Assembly: GCA_964291495.2 (NCBI GenBank)
Contig: OZ219871.1
Coordinates: 1,216,001-1,280,000, forward strand
DNA length: 64,000 bases
Reading direction: 5' to 3'
Source: Dehalococcoidia bacterium
GTDB taxonomy: Bacteria; Chloroflexota; Dehalococcoidia; UBA2979
This document shows, piece by piece, positions 39,418 to 53,535 of the stretch. The notes below the pieces were generated by a model. The model did no database searches. It saw only the letters and a program-made list of their open reading frames with translations, and had not been told where the DNA came from. The translations under genes and the position numbers were made by a program. Every line of letters starts with the position of its first letter. The first letter of the stretch is position 1.

Positions 39418-39906
39418 CTACGCCCGGGTCCGCTGCTCGAGGCCGTACGCGATCTTCTCGGCGGTGCTCATCGCCTCCGTGCGCGGCCCGCGCCGCTCCG
39501 GCGCACCGGCCGGGAAGCCGCGCACCGCCTCGTCCTCCGACTCGCGGGCGATCCGCTCGCGGATCTCGGCGACCGTGCGGCGCGCCGCCTCGACCGAGGC
39601 GTCGACCGCCTCGACGTCGTCGCCCTCGATCAGCTCCGGCGGCAGCGACGGCTCGGCCTGCAACAGCGCACCGCGATAACGCGCGACGGTGGCGCGGCGC
39701 GACGCTCGCTCCGCGTCGAGGGCGTCGCGGGCCTCCTGCAGCTCGCTGCGCAGCGTCGCCAGCTCATCGCGTTCCGCCTCGGCGACGGCCGCAAGCTCCG
39801 CCGCTGCCTCGTCGGGCAGGTCGTCCCCGGCCTGTTCGGGATCCGCGAGCGTCTCGCTCGAGGCCGCGTTCGCGCCGTCCTGCTCCATCGCGTCGTGCTC
39901 TGTCAT
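39418..39906 (-). CDS. Putative capsid scaffolding protein
   Basis: Acidic N-terminus, coiled coil, Pro/Gly linker, short C-terminal helix MSTAEKIAYGL; immediately upstream of the capsid gene; GAAGGAG RBS. Confidence 0.7.
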   Translation of the reverse strand: MTEHDAMEQDGANAASSETLADPEQAGDDLPDEAAAELAAVAEAERDELATLRSELQEARDALDAERASRRATVARYRGALLQAEPSLPPELIEGDDVEAVDASVEAARRTVAEIRERIARESEDEAVRGFPAGAPERRGPRTEAMSTAEKIAYGLEQRTRA

Positions 39907-40021
39907 GCGTCTCTCCTTCGGGCATCCGGTGTTCCGGATCGGGGTCGTCGAAGGGGCACGCTGCGCGTTGCGCGTGGAAACTCCGAGGGTCGGGTGGCGC
40001 TCGGCGCGGTACGATCCGGCC

Positions 40022-40684
40022 ATGGCCACTTCCGAGACCGCGGCCTCCGAAGTCACGACGCCTCCCGAGGGAGCACGGATCGCGATCCGCCCGCTCGCGC
40101 CCGCCGACGTGCGCGCGGTGCGGCGGCTGGAGCGCGCCGCCTACGGATCCGCCAACCCGCGCACCGCGTTCGAGCGCGAGCTGCGCAACGGCCTCGCGAG
40201 CTACCTCGCCGCCGTTGACGCCACGCCCGGCGCCGCGCCCGGCGCCGCGCCACCGGCGCGACGAGGACCGCTCGCCTGGCTCCGACGGCGCCTCGGAGCT
40301 GCCGAGGGGCCGCCGATCCTCGGCTTCGCGGGCGCCTGGTACACGCACGAGCAGCTGCACCTGGTGACGCTCGCCGTCGATCCGCGGGCGCAGCGGCGGG
40401 GGATCGGGCTCGCGCTGGTGCTCGCCGTCTGCGACCTGGCGATCGAGGCCGAACTCGACAGCATCGCGCTGGAGGTGCGCGCCTCGAACGCGGGGGCGAT
40501 GCGGCTCTACAAGCGCTGCGGCTTCCGGCGCGTCGGGCGGCTGCGCAGCTACTACAGCGACAACGGCGAGGACGCGATCGTGATGCTGCTCGACGGGCTC
40601 ACCGCGCCCGAGCCGCCGGAGGCGCTGACCCTCGCGCGCCGCGCACGCGACGCTGCCGGTCGCACGGTGGGCGAGGAGGGCTGA
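40022..40684 (+). CDS. rimI: RimI-like GNAT acetyltransferase
   Basis: LAVDP..QRRGIG, LEVRASN..A..LY...GF, YYSDNGEDA.VM. Confidence 0.85.
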   Translation: MATSETAASEVTTPPEGARIAIRPLAPADVRAVRRLERAAYGSANPRTAFERELRNGLASYLAAVDATPGAAPGAAPPARRGPLAWLRRRLGAAEGPPILGFAGAWYTHEQLHLVTLAVDPRAQRRGIGLALVLAVCDLAIEAELDSIALEVRASNAGAMRLYKRCGFRRVGRLRSYYSDNGEDAIVMLLDGLTAPEPPEALTLARRARDAAGRTVGEEG

Positions 40685-40707
40685 GGTGCGCGGCGGAAGC
40701 CGGACCT

Positions 40708-40747
40708 CCCTCACCCTCCGCCCTCTCCCTCGGGGAGAGGGGACCGG
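40708..40747 (+). repeat. BoxC/REP-like palindromic repeat, copy 3
   Basis: CCCTCACCCTCCGCCCTCTCCC-TCG-GGGAGAGGGGACCGG between convergent genes. Confidence 0.85.
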
Positions 40748-40797
40748 ACGGCTCTCGGAGGGTCCGGGTCAGTGTGCCGGGGGGCGGCGGCCGCGGG

Positions 40798-41112
40798 TTA
40801 CGAGGCGGCAGCGGCCTCCTCGGCCTCTTCGAGCTCGGCCGCCGGGTCGTGGACGTAGCGCAGGTAGCGGTCGTCGCGCTCGCCGAGGAGCACGAGCATG
40901 CCGTCGGCCTCCTGCTCGCGCACCCAGCCGGCGAGGCTCGCGCTGTGGCCGAAGATCAGGAAGGTCTCGCCGGTGAAGGAGAAGCGGCGGCCGTTGACGG
41001 TAACGTAGAAGGGCGGCGGCCCGTCGTCCCCGTTGAAGTTCAGGACGAACACGTCGGCGTCTCCCTCGGAGAGCACCGTCAGGTCATCGAAACCGACTTC
41101 GACCTCGCTCAC
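40798..41112 (-). CDS. Hypothetical protein
   Basis: GTG start with GGAGG RBS; acidic, globular-looking 104 aa. Confidence 0.65.
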   Translation of the reverse strand: MSEVEVGFDDLTVLSEGDADVFVLNFNGDDGPPPFYVTVNGRRFSFTGETFLIFGHSASLAGWVREQEADGMLVLLGERDDRYLRYVHDPAAELEEAEEAAAAS

Positions 41113-41173
41113 CTTCGCCTCCCTCGGCCTCCCGCGCGCGGGCGATCGCGCCGCCGATGATACGGTCGTTCCC

Positions 41174-41656
41174 CTACGAGGGGCCAGCGTCCGCCTCGAT
41201 CTCACGAGGCGCCGCGCGCAGGTCCGGTGCGGCGAGCAGCATCAGCAGCGTCACGATCACCGCGGAGCCGACGCACCACACGCAGATCGCCTCGATCTCG
41301 AACAGCTCGAGCCACGTGAGGTACGCGGAGTAGAGCGTGCCGCCGAGGGCGAGCGCGAAGGTCAGGCCGGCCAGTGCCTGCGGCGGCGTTTCGCCGCCGC
41401 GCAGCTCGGCCCACCAGCGCCGCGCCGCGACCAGCGCGAGCAGCGCGAGGTACATCCCGAGGCCGAGCACCGCGATCGGCACGCCGGCGATCTCGGCGAA
41501 CTCGGAACCCTGCACCGTCTGGCAGTCGCCGACGCCGGAGCAGGCCGCCTCTTGCCCCTCATCGAGGGCGACCCAGCTGAGGTAGCCGGCCACCGCGACG
41601 CCGGCGATCGCGAGCGCGAGCAGCAGGTCGTGGCGGCGTGCGAGCAGGAAGGTCAC
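41174..41656 (-). CDS. Vitamin K epoxide reductase (VKOR) family
   Basis: C.....C..V..S, ICVWC redox motif, TM helices. Confidence 0.9.
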   Translation of the reverse strand: MTFLLARRHDLLLALAIAGVAVAGYLSWVALDEGQEAACSGVGDCQTVQGSEFAEIAGVPIAVLGLGMYLALLALVAARRWWAELRGGETPPQALAGLTFALALGGTLYSAYLTWLELFEIEAICVWCVGSAVIVTLLMLLAAPDLRAAPREIEADAGPS

Positions 41657-41668
41657 GGCCCAGGGCGG

Positions 41669-42487
41669 CTAGCTGCCGTCGTCCGGCACGAGGCGATCAA
41701 TCACCTCGCGGAAGCGCTCGATCGGCTGGGCGCCGGGAACCACTTGCCCGTTGATCAGGAAGTTCGGGGTCGACAACCTGCCGAGCAGACCCTGGAGCAC
41801 CTGGGCGGACTGCCGGGCCTCCTCCTCGACGATCAGCTCCTTGATGCCGGACTCGACGCAGTCATCGAACCTGCCGAGGTCGAAGGCGCCCTCGGGCAGC
41901 TGCGCAGCGACCTCGCGCGCGAAGTTCTTGAGGTTGCCCTCGGAAGCCCAGCCGGCGCGGCCCTGGCGCTGGAAGAGCACGTCGTGATACGGCCAGAAGA
42001 GGTTCTGGTCGACGGCGCACTCGGAGGCCGCGGCGGCGTTGACCGAGTCCGGTCCGAGCAGCGGGAGGTGCCGGAACTCGATCGAGACGAGGCCCTGGTT
42101 GATGTACTCCTCCTCGATCAGCGGCTTGGTGTCGCGGCTGAAGTCGCCGCAGTGCCCGCAGGTGAAGTCCTCGTAAGCGACGATGCGCACCGGCGCGTCC
42201 GGGCTCCCGAGCTGCTTCCCGTCGACGGGCGCCGACGATCCGCGGTACTCGAACTCGAGATCCCCGGCGGCGTTGCTGCCGCCGGGGCGATTGAACCAGA
42301 TCAGCGCCGCGACGATGACGACGGTCGCAACGACGATGCCGATGGTGAGGAAGCCGCCGAACGAGTCGATCGTCGCCTTTAGGCCGCGGCCCTCTTGCTG
42401 CGTCTGCTGCTCGGCCTGCTGTTCCTGGGACTGCTGCCCCGCACCCGGTCCTCCTCGGCGGCGGCGACGACGGCGACGACTACCCAC
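41669..42487 (-). CDS. DsbA-family thioredoxin-fold protein
   Basis: G.PDAPV..V.YEDF.CGHC, TP.F.ING; N-terminal TM anchor. Confidence 0.9.
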   Translation of the reverse strand: MGSRRRRRRRRGGPGAGQQSQEQQAEQQTQQEGRGLKATIDSFGGFLTIGIVVATVVIVAALIWFNRPGGSNAAGDLEFEYRGSSAPVDGKQLGSPDAPVRIVAYEDFTCGHCGDFSRDTKPLIEEEYINQGLVSIEFRHLPLLGPDSVNAAAASECAVDQNLFWPYHDVLFQRQGRAGWASEGNLKNFAREVAAQLPEGAFDLGRFDDCVESGIKELIVEEEARQSAQVLQGLLGRLSTPNFLINGQVVPGAQPIERFREVIDRLVPDDGS

Positions 42488-42594
42488 GATGCCTCCGTGC
42501 GCTCACTCCCGGCGGGACGCTGGTGGCCGCTTCGATTATCCGGCGAGGGCGGGGGGCGGGCAACGGCGGGGCGCTGCCCACCCCGGCTGGATGC

Positions 42595-45033
<2,439 letters not shown>

Positions 45034-45078
45034 CGCCGCATCACCCTTCGCACCACGTCGCGTCCCGTCGTCTCGTGA

Positions 45079-45423
45079 TCAGCGCTGGCCGCGGCGCGGC
45101 GTGCGCTCCGGCAGCATCGAGCGCAGCCGATCGAGCTCGGCGCGCGTGTCATCCAGTTCGGCCTGCAGATCCTCGACGCGGCGGCTGAGCCGCAGCAGCA
45201 CCTCGGCTCCCGCGAGGTTCACGCCGAGATCCTCGACGTACTGGCGCAGCCGCCGGAGCACCTCGACGTCGCGCTGCGAGTAGAGGCGCTGGTTGCCGGC
45301 GCTGCGCGCGGGAGCGACGAAGCCCATCCGCTCGTAGGTGCGCAGCGTCTGCTGGTGAACGCCCACCATGCGCGCCACCACCGAGATCTGGAAGACCGGC
45401 TCGTCCTGCGGAATGTTGGTCAT
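45079..45423 (-). CDS. hspR: MerR-family heat-shock repressor HspR
   Basis: PVFQISVVA.MVGVH.QTLR.YE..G...P.RS.GN.RLYS..D...LGVNLAG. Confidence 0.88.
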   Translation of the reverse strand: MTNIPQDEPVFQISVVARMVGVHQQTLRTYERMGFVAPARSAGNQRLYSQRDVEVLRRLRQYVEDLGVNLAGAEVLLRLSRRVEDLQAELDDTRAELDRLRSMLPERTPRRGQR

Positions 45424-45448
45424 GTGCTATCCAGTTCAGCGCGCCCGC

Positions 45449-46420
45449 TCAGGAGGCGCGTACATCCTCGACCGTGGCGGCCTCGGTCTCGCGTTCGCCC
45501 TCGCTCGCGCGCAGCTGCTCGAAGAGCGCGCGCTGCGCCTCGTCGAGCGGCTCGGGGAGGCGCAGCCGCACGCGCGCCAGCAGGTCGCCGTGGCCGCCGC
45601 CGGAGCGCGGCATCCCCTGACCCGCGAGGCGGAAGACGCGCCCGCCCTGTGTCTCCGCGGGGATGCGCAGCGCAAGCGTGCGCCCCTTGAGCGTCGGCAC
45701 CTCGGCCTCGCCGCCCAGCGCGGCGTCGGCGACGGGCACGTCGATCTCGACGTGCAGATCGTCGCCGCGGCGCTCGAAACGCGGGTGGCCGGAGACGCCG
45801 ACGCGCAGGAAGAGGTCGCCCGGGGCGCCGCCGCCGCGCCCCGGACCGCCCTTGCCACGCACGCGCACGCGCCCGCCGTCCTGAATGCCAGCCGGGATGT
45901 CCACCTCGATGCGCCGCGACTCGCCGCCGGCCTCGCGCAATTCGATGGTCCGCGAGGCGCCGTGGTAGGCCTCCTCGAGGCTGATGCGCACGGGATGCTC
46001 GACGTCCTCGCCGCGCGCGCGGGCGGGCCGGCCGGCGCCACGGCCGAAGAGCCCGCCGAAGAGATCCCCGAGGCCGCCGCCGTCGCCGCCGAGATCGAAC
46101 TCGACGTGCCGGAAGCCGCCGCCCGGGCCGCCGGGGCCGCCGCCGAAGCGGAAGCCGCCCGCGCCCTGGCGTCGCATCTGCTCCTCGATCTGCTCGGCGT
46201 TGCGCCAGTTGTCGCCGTACTTGTCGTAGGCGGCGCGGGTCTCGGCGTCCGACAGCACCTCGTGCGCGGCGCTGATCTGCTTGAAGCGCTCCTCGGCCTC
46301 GGCGTTGCCGGGGTTGACGTCCGGGTGGTGCTGGCGGGCGAGCTTGCGGAACGCATCGCGGATGTCCTTCTCGGATGCCGCGCGCGAGACGCCGAGGACG
46401 GAGTAGTAGTCCGTTGCCAT
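45449..46420 (-). CDS. DnaJ-class chaperone without Zn finger (CbpA-like)
   Basis: J-domain HPD motif, G/F region, C-terminal DnaJ_C. Confidence 0.92.
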   Translation of the reverse strand: MATDYYSVLGVSRAASEKDIRDAFRKLARQHHPDVNPGNAEAEERFKQISAAHEVLSDAETRAAYDKYGDNWRNAEQIEEQMRRQGAGGFRFGGGPGGPGGGFRHVEFDLGGDGGGLGDLFGGLFGRGAGRPARARGEDVEHPVRISLEEAYHGASRTIELREAGGESRRIEVDIPAGIQDGGRVRVRGKGGPGRGGGAPGDLFLRVGVSGHPRFERRGDDLHVEIDVPVADAALGGEAEVPTLKGRTLALRIPAETQGGRVFRLAGQGMPRSGGGHGDLLARVRLRLPEPLDEAQRALFEQLRASEGERETEAATVEDVRAS

Positions 46421-46460
46421 GAACGTAGTATAACAGACTGCCGCCTACGTTCACACACTA

Positions 46461-46481
46461 CCTGAGTTATCTACACTCATA
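46461..46481. promoter_or_regulatory. HAIR-like HspR operator
   Basis: CCTGAGT-N7-ACTCATA vs consensus CTTGAGT-N7-ACTCAAG, between divergent dnaJ-hspR-clp and hsp20. Confidence 0.7.
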
Positions 46482-46485
46482 TCTC

Positions 46486-46515
46486 TTGACAGAGCACACG
46501 CACACACCATAAAAT
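46486..46515 (+). promoter_or_regulatory. Sigma70 promoter of hsp20
   Basis: TTGACA(46486)-18 bp-TAAAAT(46510). Confidence 0.7.
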
Positions 46516-46587
46516 ACGAGCGTGACAGGAGGGGCCCGGCGAGACCCCTCGATGAGCGCGAACAGCGCGTAAGGAGGCACCAGACAG

Positions 46588-47049
46588 ATGGCACACAACA
46601 CGAGCATCGTGCGGCGCGACCCGTTTACCGGCATGCGGCAGATGATGGACCGGCTCTTCGACGACTCCTTCTTCCGCTCCGGCCCCGCCGGCTGGCCCGG
46701 CGCCGCCTGGCGGCTCGAGGAGGGCACCCTGCCCGTCGACCTCTCCAGGGCCGACGGCGAGATCAAGGTCCGCGCCTCGCTGCCCGGCTTCAAGCCGGAG
46801 GACATCGACGTGCAGGTCCACGAGGGCGTGCTCTCGATCAAGGCCGAGCACGGCGACGAGCACGAGGCCGGCGACGAGCGCTTCTACCGGCGCGAGCGCG
46901 TGAGCGGCTCGTTCAGCCGCCGCATCGCCCTCCCCGGCGTCGTGCGCGACGCGGAGGTGGACGCGCAGCTGGAGGACGGCGTGCTCACGCTGACGCTCCC
47001 GCTGCCCGAGCAGCCGCAGCCGAAGCAGATCGAGATCCACACCAGCTAG
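46588..47049 (+). CDS. Hsp20/alpha-crystallin small heat-shock protein
   Basis: LPG.KPEDI.V.V..GVL.I, ER..G.FSR.I.LP, DGVLTLTLP; AAGGAGG RBS. Confidence 0.93.
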   Translation: MAHNTSIVRRDPFTGMRQMMDRLFDDSFFRSGPAGWPGAAWRLEEGTLPVDLSRADGEIKVRASLPGFKPEDIDVQVHEGVLSIKAEHGDEHEAGDERFYRRERVSGSFSRRIALPGVVRDAEVDAQLEDGVLTLTLPLPEQPQPKQIEIHTS

Positions 47050-47090
47050 TTCCGCATCGCGGCTTCCTCCCGGCCGCAGCGGCGCACAGT

Positions 47091-47125
47091 CAACGGCCCC
47101 GGGGCGAACCCCGGGGCCGTTGCTT
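47091..47125 (+). terminator. Intrinsic terminator-like hairpin
   Basis: CAACGGCCCCGGGG-CGAA-CCCCGGGGCCGTTG 14-bp stem; weak T tail. Confidence 0.7.
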
Positions 47126-47208
47126 GTGTGCGCCACACTCGTTGCAATCGGCGCGTCGCGCCATGACACTGGGCGCCTGATTCCGTGTCTCAGGATGGAG
47201 GGACCGAG

Positions 47209-47748
47209 ATGGGCAGGGCATCCTACGTGCTCGGCGCGCTGGCGCTGTGCGCGGCACTGGCGCTGGCGGCGTGCGGCGGCGATTCGGGGCCCTCCGACGT
47301 GGGGGCGCGCGCCTCGGCGACGCTGGCCGGCCCGGACGGCGCGCCGATGGGTGAGGTGACGCTCACGCAAGGCCCCAACGGCGTACTGATCGAAGCGGAC
47401 GTGCGGGGCCTCTCGCCCGGCGCGCACGGCTTCCACATCCACTCCGTGGGCGCCTGCAGCCCGGACTTCAGCGCGGCCGGCGGCCACTACGCGCCTGGCG
47501 GCGAGGGGCACGGCCTGATGCACGAGGACGGATCACACGCCGGCGACCTCCCGAACATCCACGCCGGCGCCGACGGCGCGGCCCGCGCCGATCACTTCAC
47601 GGACGCCGTGACCCTGGACGCGGGCGCCGATCACTCGCTCTTCGACGACGACGGCTCGGCGATCATCATCCACGCGAAGCCGGACAGCTACGGCGAAGCC
47701 CCCGAGGCGGGCGACCGCGTGGCCTGCGGCGTCATCGTGCGAGGCTAG
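47209..47748 (+). CDS. sodC: Cu/Zn superoxide dismutase lipoprotein
   Basis: Lipobox LAAC; HGFHIH, AGGHY, HAGDLPNI, IIIH, RVACGVI. Confidence 0.93.
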   Translation: MGRASYVLGALALCAALALAACGGDSGPSDVGARASATLAGPDGAPMGEVTLTQGPNGVLIEADVRGLSPGAHGFHIHSVGACSPDFSAAGGHYAPGGEGHGLMHEDGSHAGDLPNIHAGADGAARADHFTDAVTLDAGADHSLFDDDGSAIIIHAKPDSYGEAPEAGDRVACGVIVRG

Positions 47749-48583
47749 CGAGCCCTCGCCCGCCGCCTCCGGCGCGGAGCCCTCGACGAAGCCTCGACCA
47801 CCTCGCGATCGTCGGCGTGCGGCAGGCGGACCTCGCGCGGTATGCGCTCCGCCTCCATGCGCGAGAGCAGCGCCAGCGCCTTGCGCGTGTCCGAGGCGAC
47901 GCGCGCCGGCTCCGCCAGGCGGAAGCGGAACTTCGAGCACCAGTAGGTGAACGCGCGCAACTGCGACTGCAGCGCGCGCTGCGGCAACACGTCGCCCGTC
48001 TCCGCCCGGTACTCCACCTGCAGCTCCGCCAGCGTGCGCCCGTAGACGCGCTCGTAGGCGGCGACGTCCGGCTGCGCGCTGCGCGGGCCGTCGAGGTTGC
48101 GCGCCTTCACCAGCTCCAGCTCGGCCTGCAGCAGCAGCACCTCCTCGACGGTGATCCCGTACTGGAAGTTGAGGTGCGCGCGATGCTTCTCGTGCCCGAT
48201 CGCGCGGGCGAACGCCTCCGCGCTGTCGTCGTACCCGCGCGGTGGCTTGCGCTCGAACAGCAGCCGCTCCGCCTCGGCGGCCGGGATCGCCTCGCCCGCG
48301 GCGTCGATCAGCCGCTCGGCGAGGCGCAGCCAGTCGAAGGCCTCGCCGCCGATCAGGTAGCGATAGACGACGCCGTCGGCTTCCTCCTCCGGCGTCACCC
48401 AGCGCGCGATCACGTCCAGCAGCGCCGGATACCACGGCTCGCCGCGCTCGATCGCATCGAGGAAGCTCCGGACGCCCTCGTCCGCCTCCAGCGGCGGAGG
48501 AGGCTCCGGGTCGGCGGACGAGGAGCCGTTCGCGGCGGCATCGGCGCCCGGCCGCTCGCGTGTCGCGGCTCGGCGGCCGGGGC

Positions 48584-48587
<4 letters not shown>
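47745..48587 (-). CDS. Hypothetical protein coupled to secA
   Basis: GTGA overlap with secA stop; globular segment YRYLIGGEAFDWLRLAERL...HLNFQYGITVEE..YW..FR...RVASDTRKAL. Confidence 0.7.
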
Positions 48588-51175
<2,588 letters not shown>

Positions 51176-51195
51176 GCTGCCTCCTCAGGGGCGGT

Positions 51196-52167
51196 TCAGC
51201 GGAACAGGTCGCTGACCGAGCCCCCGGTGTGGATGCGGTGCATCGCGTCGCCGAACAGCGGCGCGATCGAGAGCACCTTCGTCGGGGCCTGCTTGAACGA
51301 CCCCTCGGCGAGCGGGAGGGTGTCCGTGAAGACGATCTCGGAGATCTCGGGGCTGTCGAGTCGCTCGAAGGCCGGCCCGGCGAAGAGCTGGTGCACGCAG
51401 CCGACGTAGATCGAGCGCGCGCGGTGCCGCCGCAGCAGCTCGAGGGCGCTCGCCACGGTGCCGCCCGTCAGGATCTCGTCGTCGATGATCACGGCGTCGG
51501 CGTCCTCGGCGTCGCCGATCAGCGTCAGCGCCTCGGCCTGCTCGTCGTTGCCGGAGCGCCGCTTGTCCACGATCGCCAGGCCGGCGCCGAGCCGCCCGGC
51601 GACATCGCGCGCGCCCTTCGCGCCGCCCACGTCGGTGGCTACGACGACCGGGTTCGCGAGGTTGAGCGAGCGGAAGTACTCGGCGAGTAGGGGCTGCGCG
51701 TGCAGCTCGTCCACCGGGATGTTGAAGAACCCCTGGATCTGCCCCGCGTGCAGGTCCATTGTCAGCAGCCGGTCCGCCCCGGCCACCTCGATGAAGTTGG
51801 CGATCAGGCGCGCGCTGATCGGCACGTGGGGCTGGTCCTTCTTGTCGGAGCGGCCGTAGGCGAAGTAGGGGATCACCGCGGTGATGCGCCCGGCCGAGGC
51901 GCGCTTCGCCGCGTCGATCATGATCAGCAACTCCATCAGCCGCGTGTTCACCGGCGAGCCGATCGGCTGGATCAGGAAGACATCGCGCTCGCGGATGTTC
52001 TGCAGGAAGCGCACGAAGATGTTCTCGTTCGAGAACTCGAACACCTCGCACTCGCCGAGTGGCATCTCGAGGTGGCGGCAGACCGCCTCGGCGAACGAGC
52101 GGTGGGCGTTGCCCGTGAAAACGGCCATCTCGCGAAACACGAACGCGCCACCCGATCCGCGACTCAC
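51196..52167 (-). CDS. prs: Ribose-phosphate pyrophosphokinase
   Basis: AVIPYFAYGRSDKK, DLHAGQIQGFF, IIDDEILTGGT; start uncertain. Confidence 0.95.
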   Translation of the reverse strand: MSRGSGGAFVFREMAVFTGNAHRSFAEAVCRHLEMPLGECEVFEFSNENIFVRFLQNIRERDVFLIQPIGSPVNTRLMELLIMIDAAKRASAGRITAVIPYFAYGRSDKKDQPHVPISARLIANFIEVAGADRLLTMDLHAGQIQGFFNIPVDELHAQPLLAEYFRSLNLANPVVVATDVGGAKGARDVAGRLGAGLAIVDKRRSGNDEQAEALTLIGDAEDADAVIIDDEILTGGTVASALELLRRHRARSIYVGCVHQLFAGPAFERLDSPEISEIVFTDTLPLAEGSFKQAPTKVLSIAPLFGDAMHRIHTGGSVSDLFR

Positions 52168-52315
52168 GGCGCCCTCTTCACACGCTCCCGCACAACGCGG
52201 GCGAGCGCCCCGGGCACGCCATACGCCGCCTGTCGGAGGATGGGCCGGGGCCAACTCGATGGTACCATGACGCACCCGCACGGCACGCAGCCGGCCGCCG
52301 GAGGTACGCCCCCGC

Positions 52316-53488
52316 ATGGACTTCGCCCTCACCCCCGAGGAAGAGCGTTTCGGCGAGGATCTGCGCGCCGTCCTCGCCGATCTGCTGCCTGCCGACTGGT
52401 CCCGGCGCGGCCTGATCGAGCCTGCCGACTCGGCCGAGCGCGCCGCCCTCGCGGAGCGCGTCGCGCGCGCCCTCGGCGAACGCCGCTGGCTGGCGATGGC
52501 CTGGCCGCGCGAGTTCGGCGGCCTCGACGCCTCCTACATGCAGCAGTACGTGCTCAACGAGGAGCTCGCCTACCAGGACGCGCCCGGCGGAGGCGGCGTC
52601 GGCGTCTCCTCGGCCGGCCCGGCGATCATGCAGCACGGCAGCGAGGAGCAGCGGCGGCTCTACCTGCCGCCAATCGCCGCCGGCGAGGACCGCTGGTGCG
52701 CGCTCTACTCCGAGCCGGGCGCGGGCTCGGACCTCGCCTCGATCCAGACGCGCGCCGTGCGCGACGGCGACGAATACGTGATCAACGGCCTCAAGACCTG
52801 GGTCGCCGGCGCCGAACACGCGACGATGGGCTGGCTCGCCGCACGCACGGACCCGGGCGCCCCGAAACACCGAGGCCTCTCCACCTTCGCCCTGCCGATG
52901 GACACGCCGGGCGTCGAGATCCGCCCGATCGAGAACCTCGCCGGCGAGCGCCAGCTCGCCGAGGTGCAGCTGCACGACGTGCGCATCCCGATCGAGCAGC
53001 GCGTCGGCCCCGAGCACCGCGGCTGGTACCACGTCGCCTCGACGCTCGACTTCGAGCGCTCCGGCGTGGCCGCCTACGCGCGCGGCCGCCGTCACATCGA
53101 GGGCCTCGTGCAGTTCGCGCAGGAGCACACGAACGAGGACGAACGCCGCGAGCAGGTGCGCTACGAGCTGGCCGACCGCTGGATCGAGCTGGAGGTCGGC
53201 TTCAACGTCGCGCAGCGCATCCCCTGGATGCAGACGCAGGGCATCTCGCCGAACCACGAGGCCTCAGTCTCGAAGGTCTACGGCGCGGAGCTGACGCAGC
53301 GCATCGCCGGCACGGGCGTGCGCCTCTTCGGCCTCGCCGGCCTGATCGCCCCCGGCGGCGCCGACGCGCCCGCGGGCGGCGCCTTCGCCCGCCACTACCT
53401 CACCTCGACCGGCGCGACGATCGAGGCCGGCACCTCCGAGATCCAGCGCAACATCATCGCCCAGCGCGGGCTGGGGCTGCCGCGTTAG
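52316..53488 (+). CDS. Acyl-CoA dehydrogenase family
   Basis: YSEPGAGSDLAS, ING.K.W, GTSEIQRNIIA..LGLPR. Confidence 0.92.
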   Translation: MDFALTPEEERFGEDLRAVLADLLPADWSRRGLIEPADSAERAALAERVARALGERRWLAMAWPREFGGLDASYMQQYVLNEELAYQDAPGGGGVGVSSAGPAIMQHGSEEQRRLYLPPIAAGEDRWCALYSEPGAGSDLASIQTRAVRDGDEYVINGLKTWVAGAEHATMGWLAARTDPGAPKHRGLSTFALPMDTPGVEIRPIENLAGERQLAEVQLHDVRIPIEQRVGPEHRGWYHVASTLDFERSGVAAYARGRRHIEGLVQFAQEHTNEDERREQVRYELADRWIELEVGFNVAQRIPWMQTQGISPNHEASVSKVYGAELTQRIAGTGVRLFGLAGLIAPGGADAPAGGAFARHYLTSTGATIEAGTSEIQRNIIAQRGLGLPR

Positions 53489-53535
53489 GGCCGTAGCCAC
53501 CCGACCCACAAGGCGCACCTGGCGAAACTCCCACA

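Noticed and set aside
33664-39906. Complete prophage or integrative element
   Set aside because: No integrase, terminase, portal, replication or lysis genes and no att repeats seen; ruvB separates the PIN TA from the capsid cassette.
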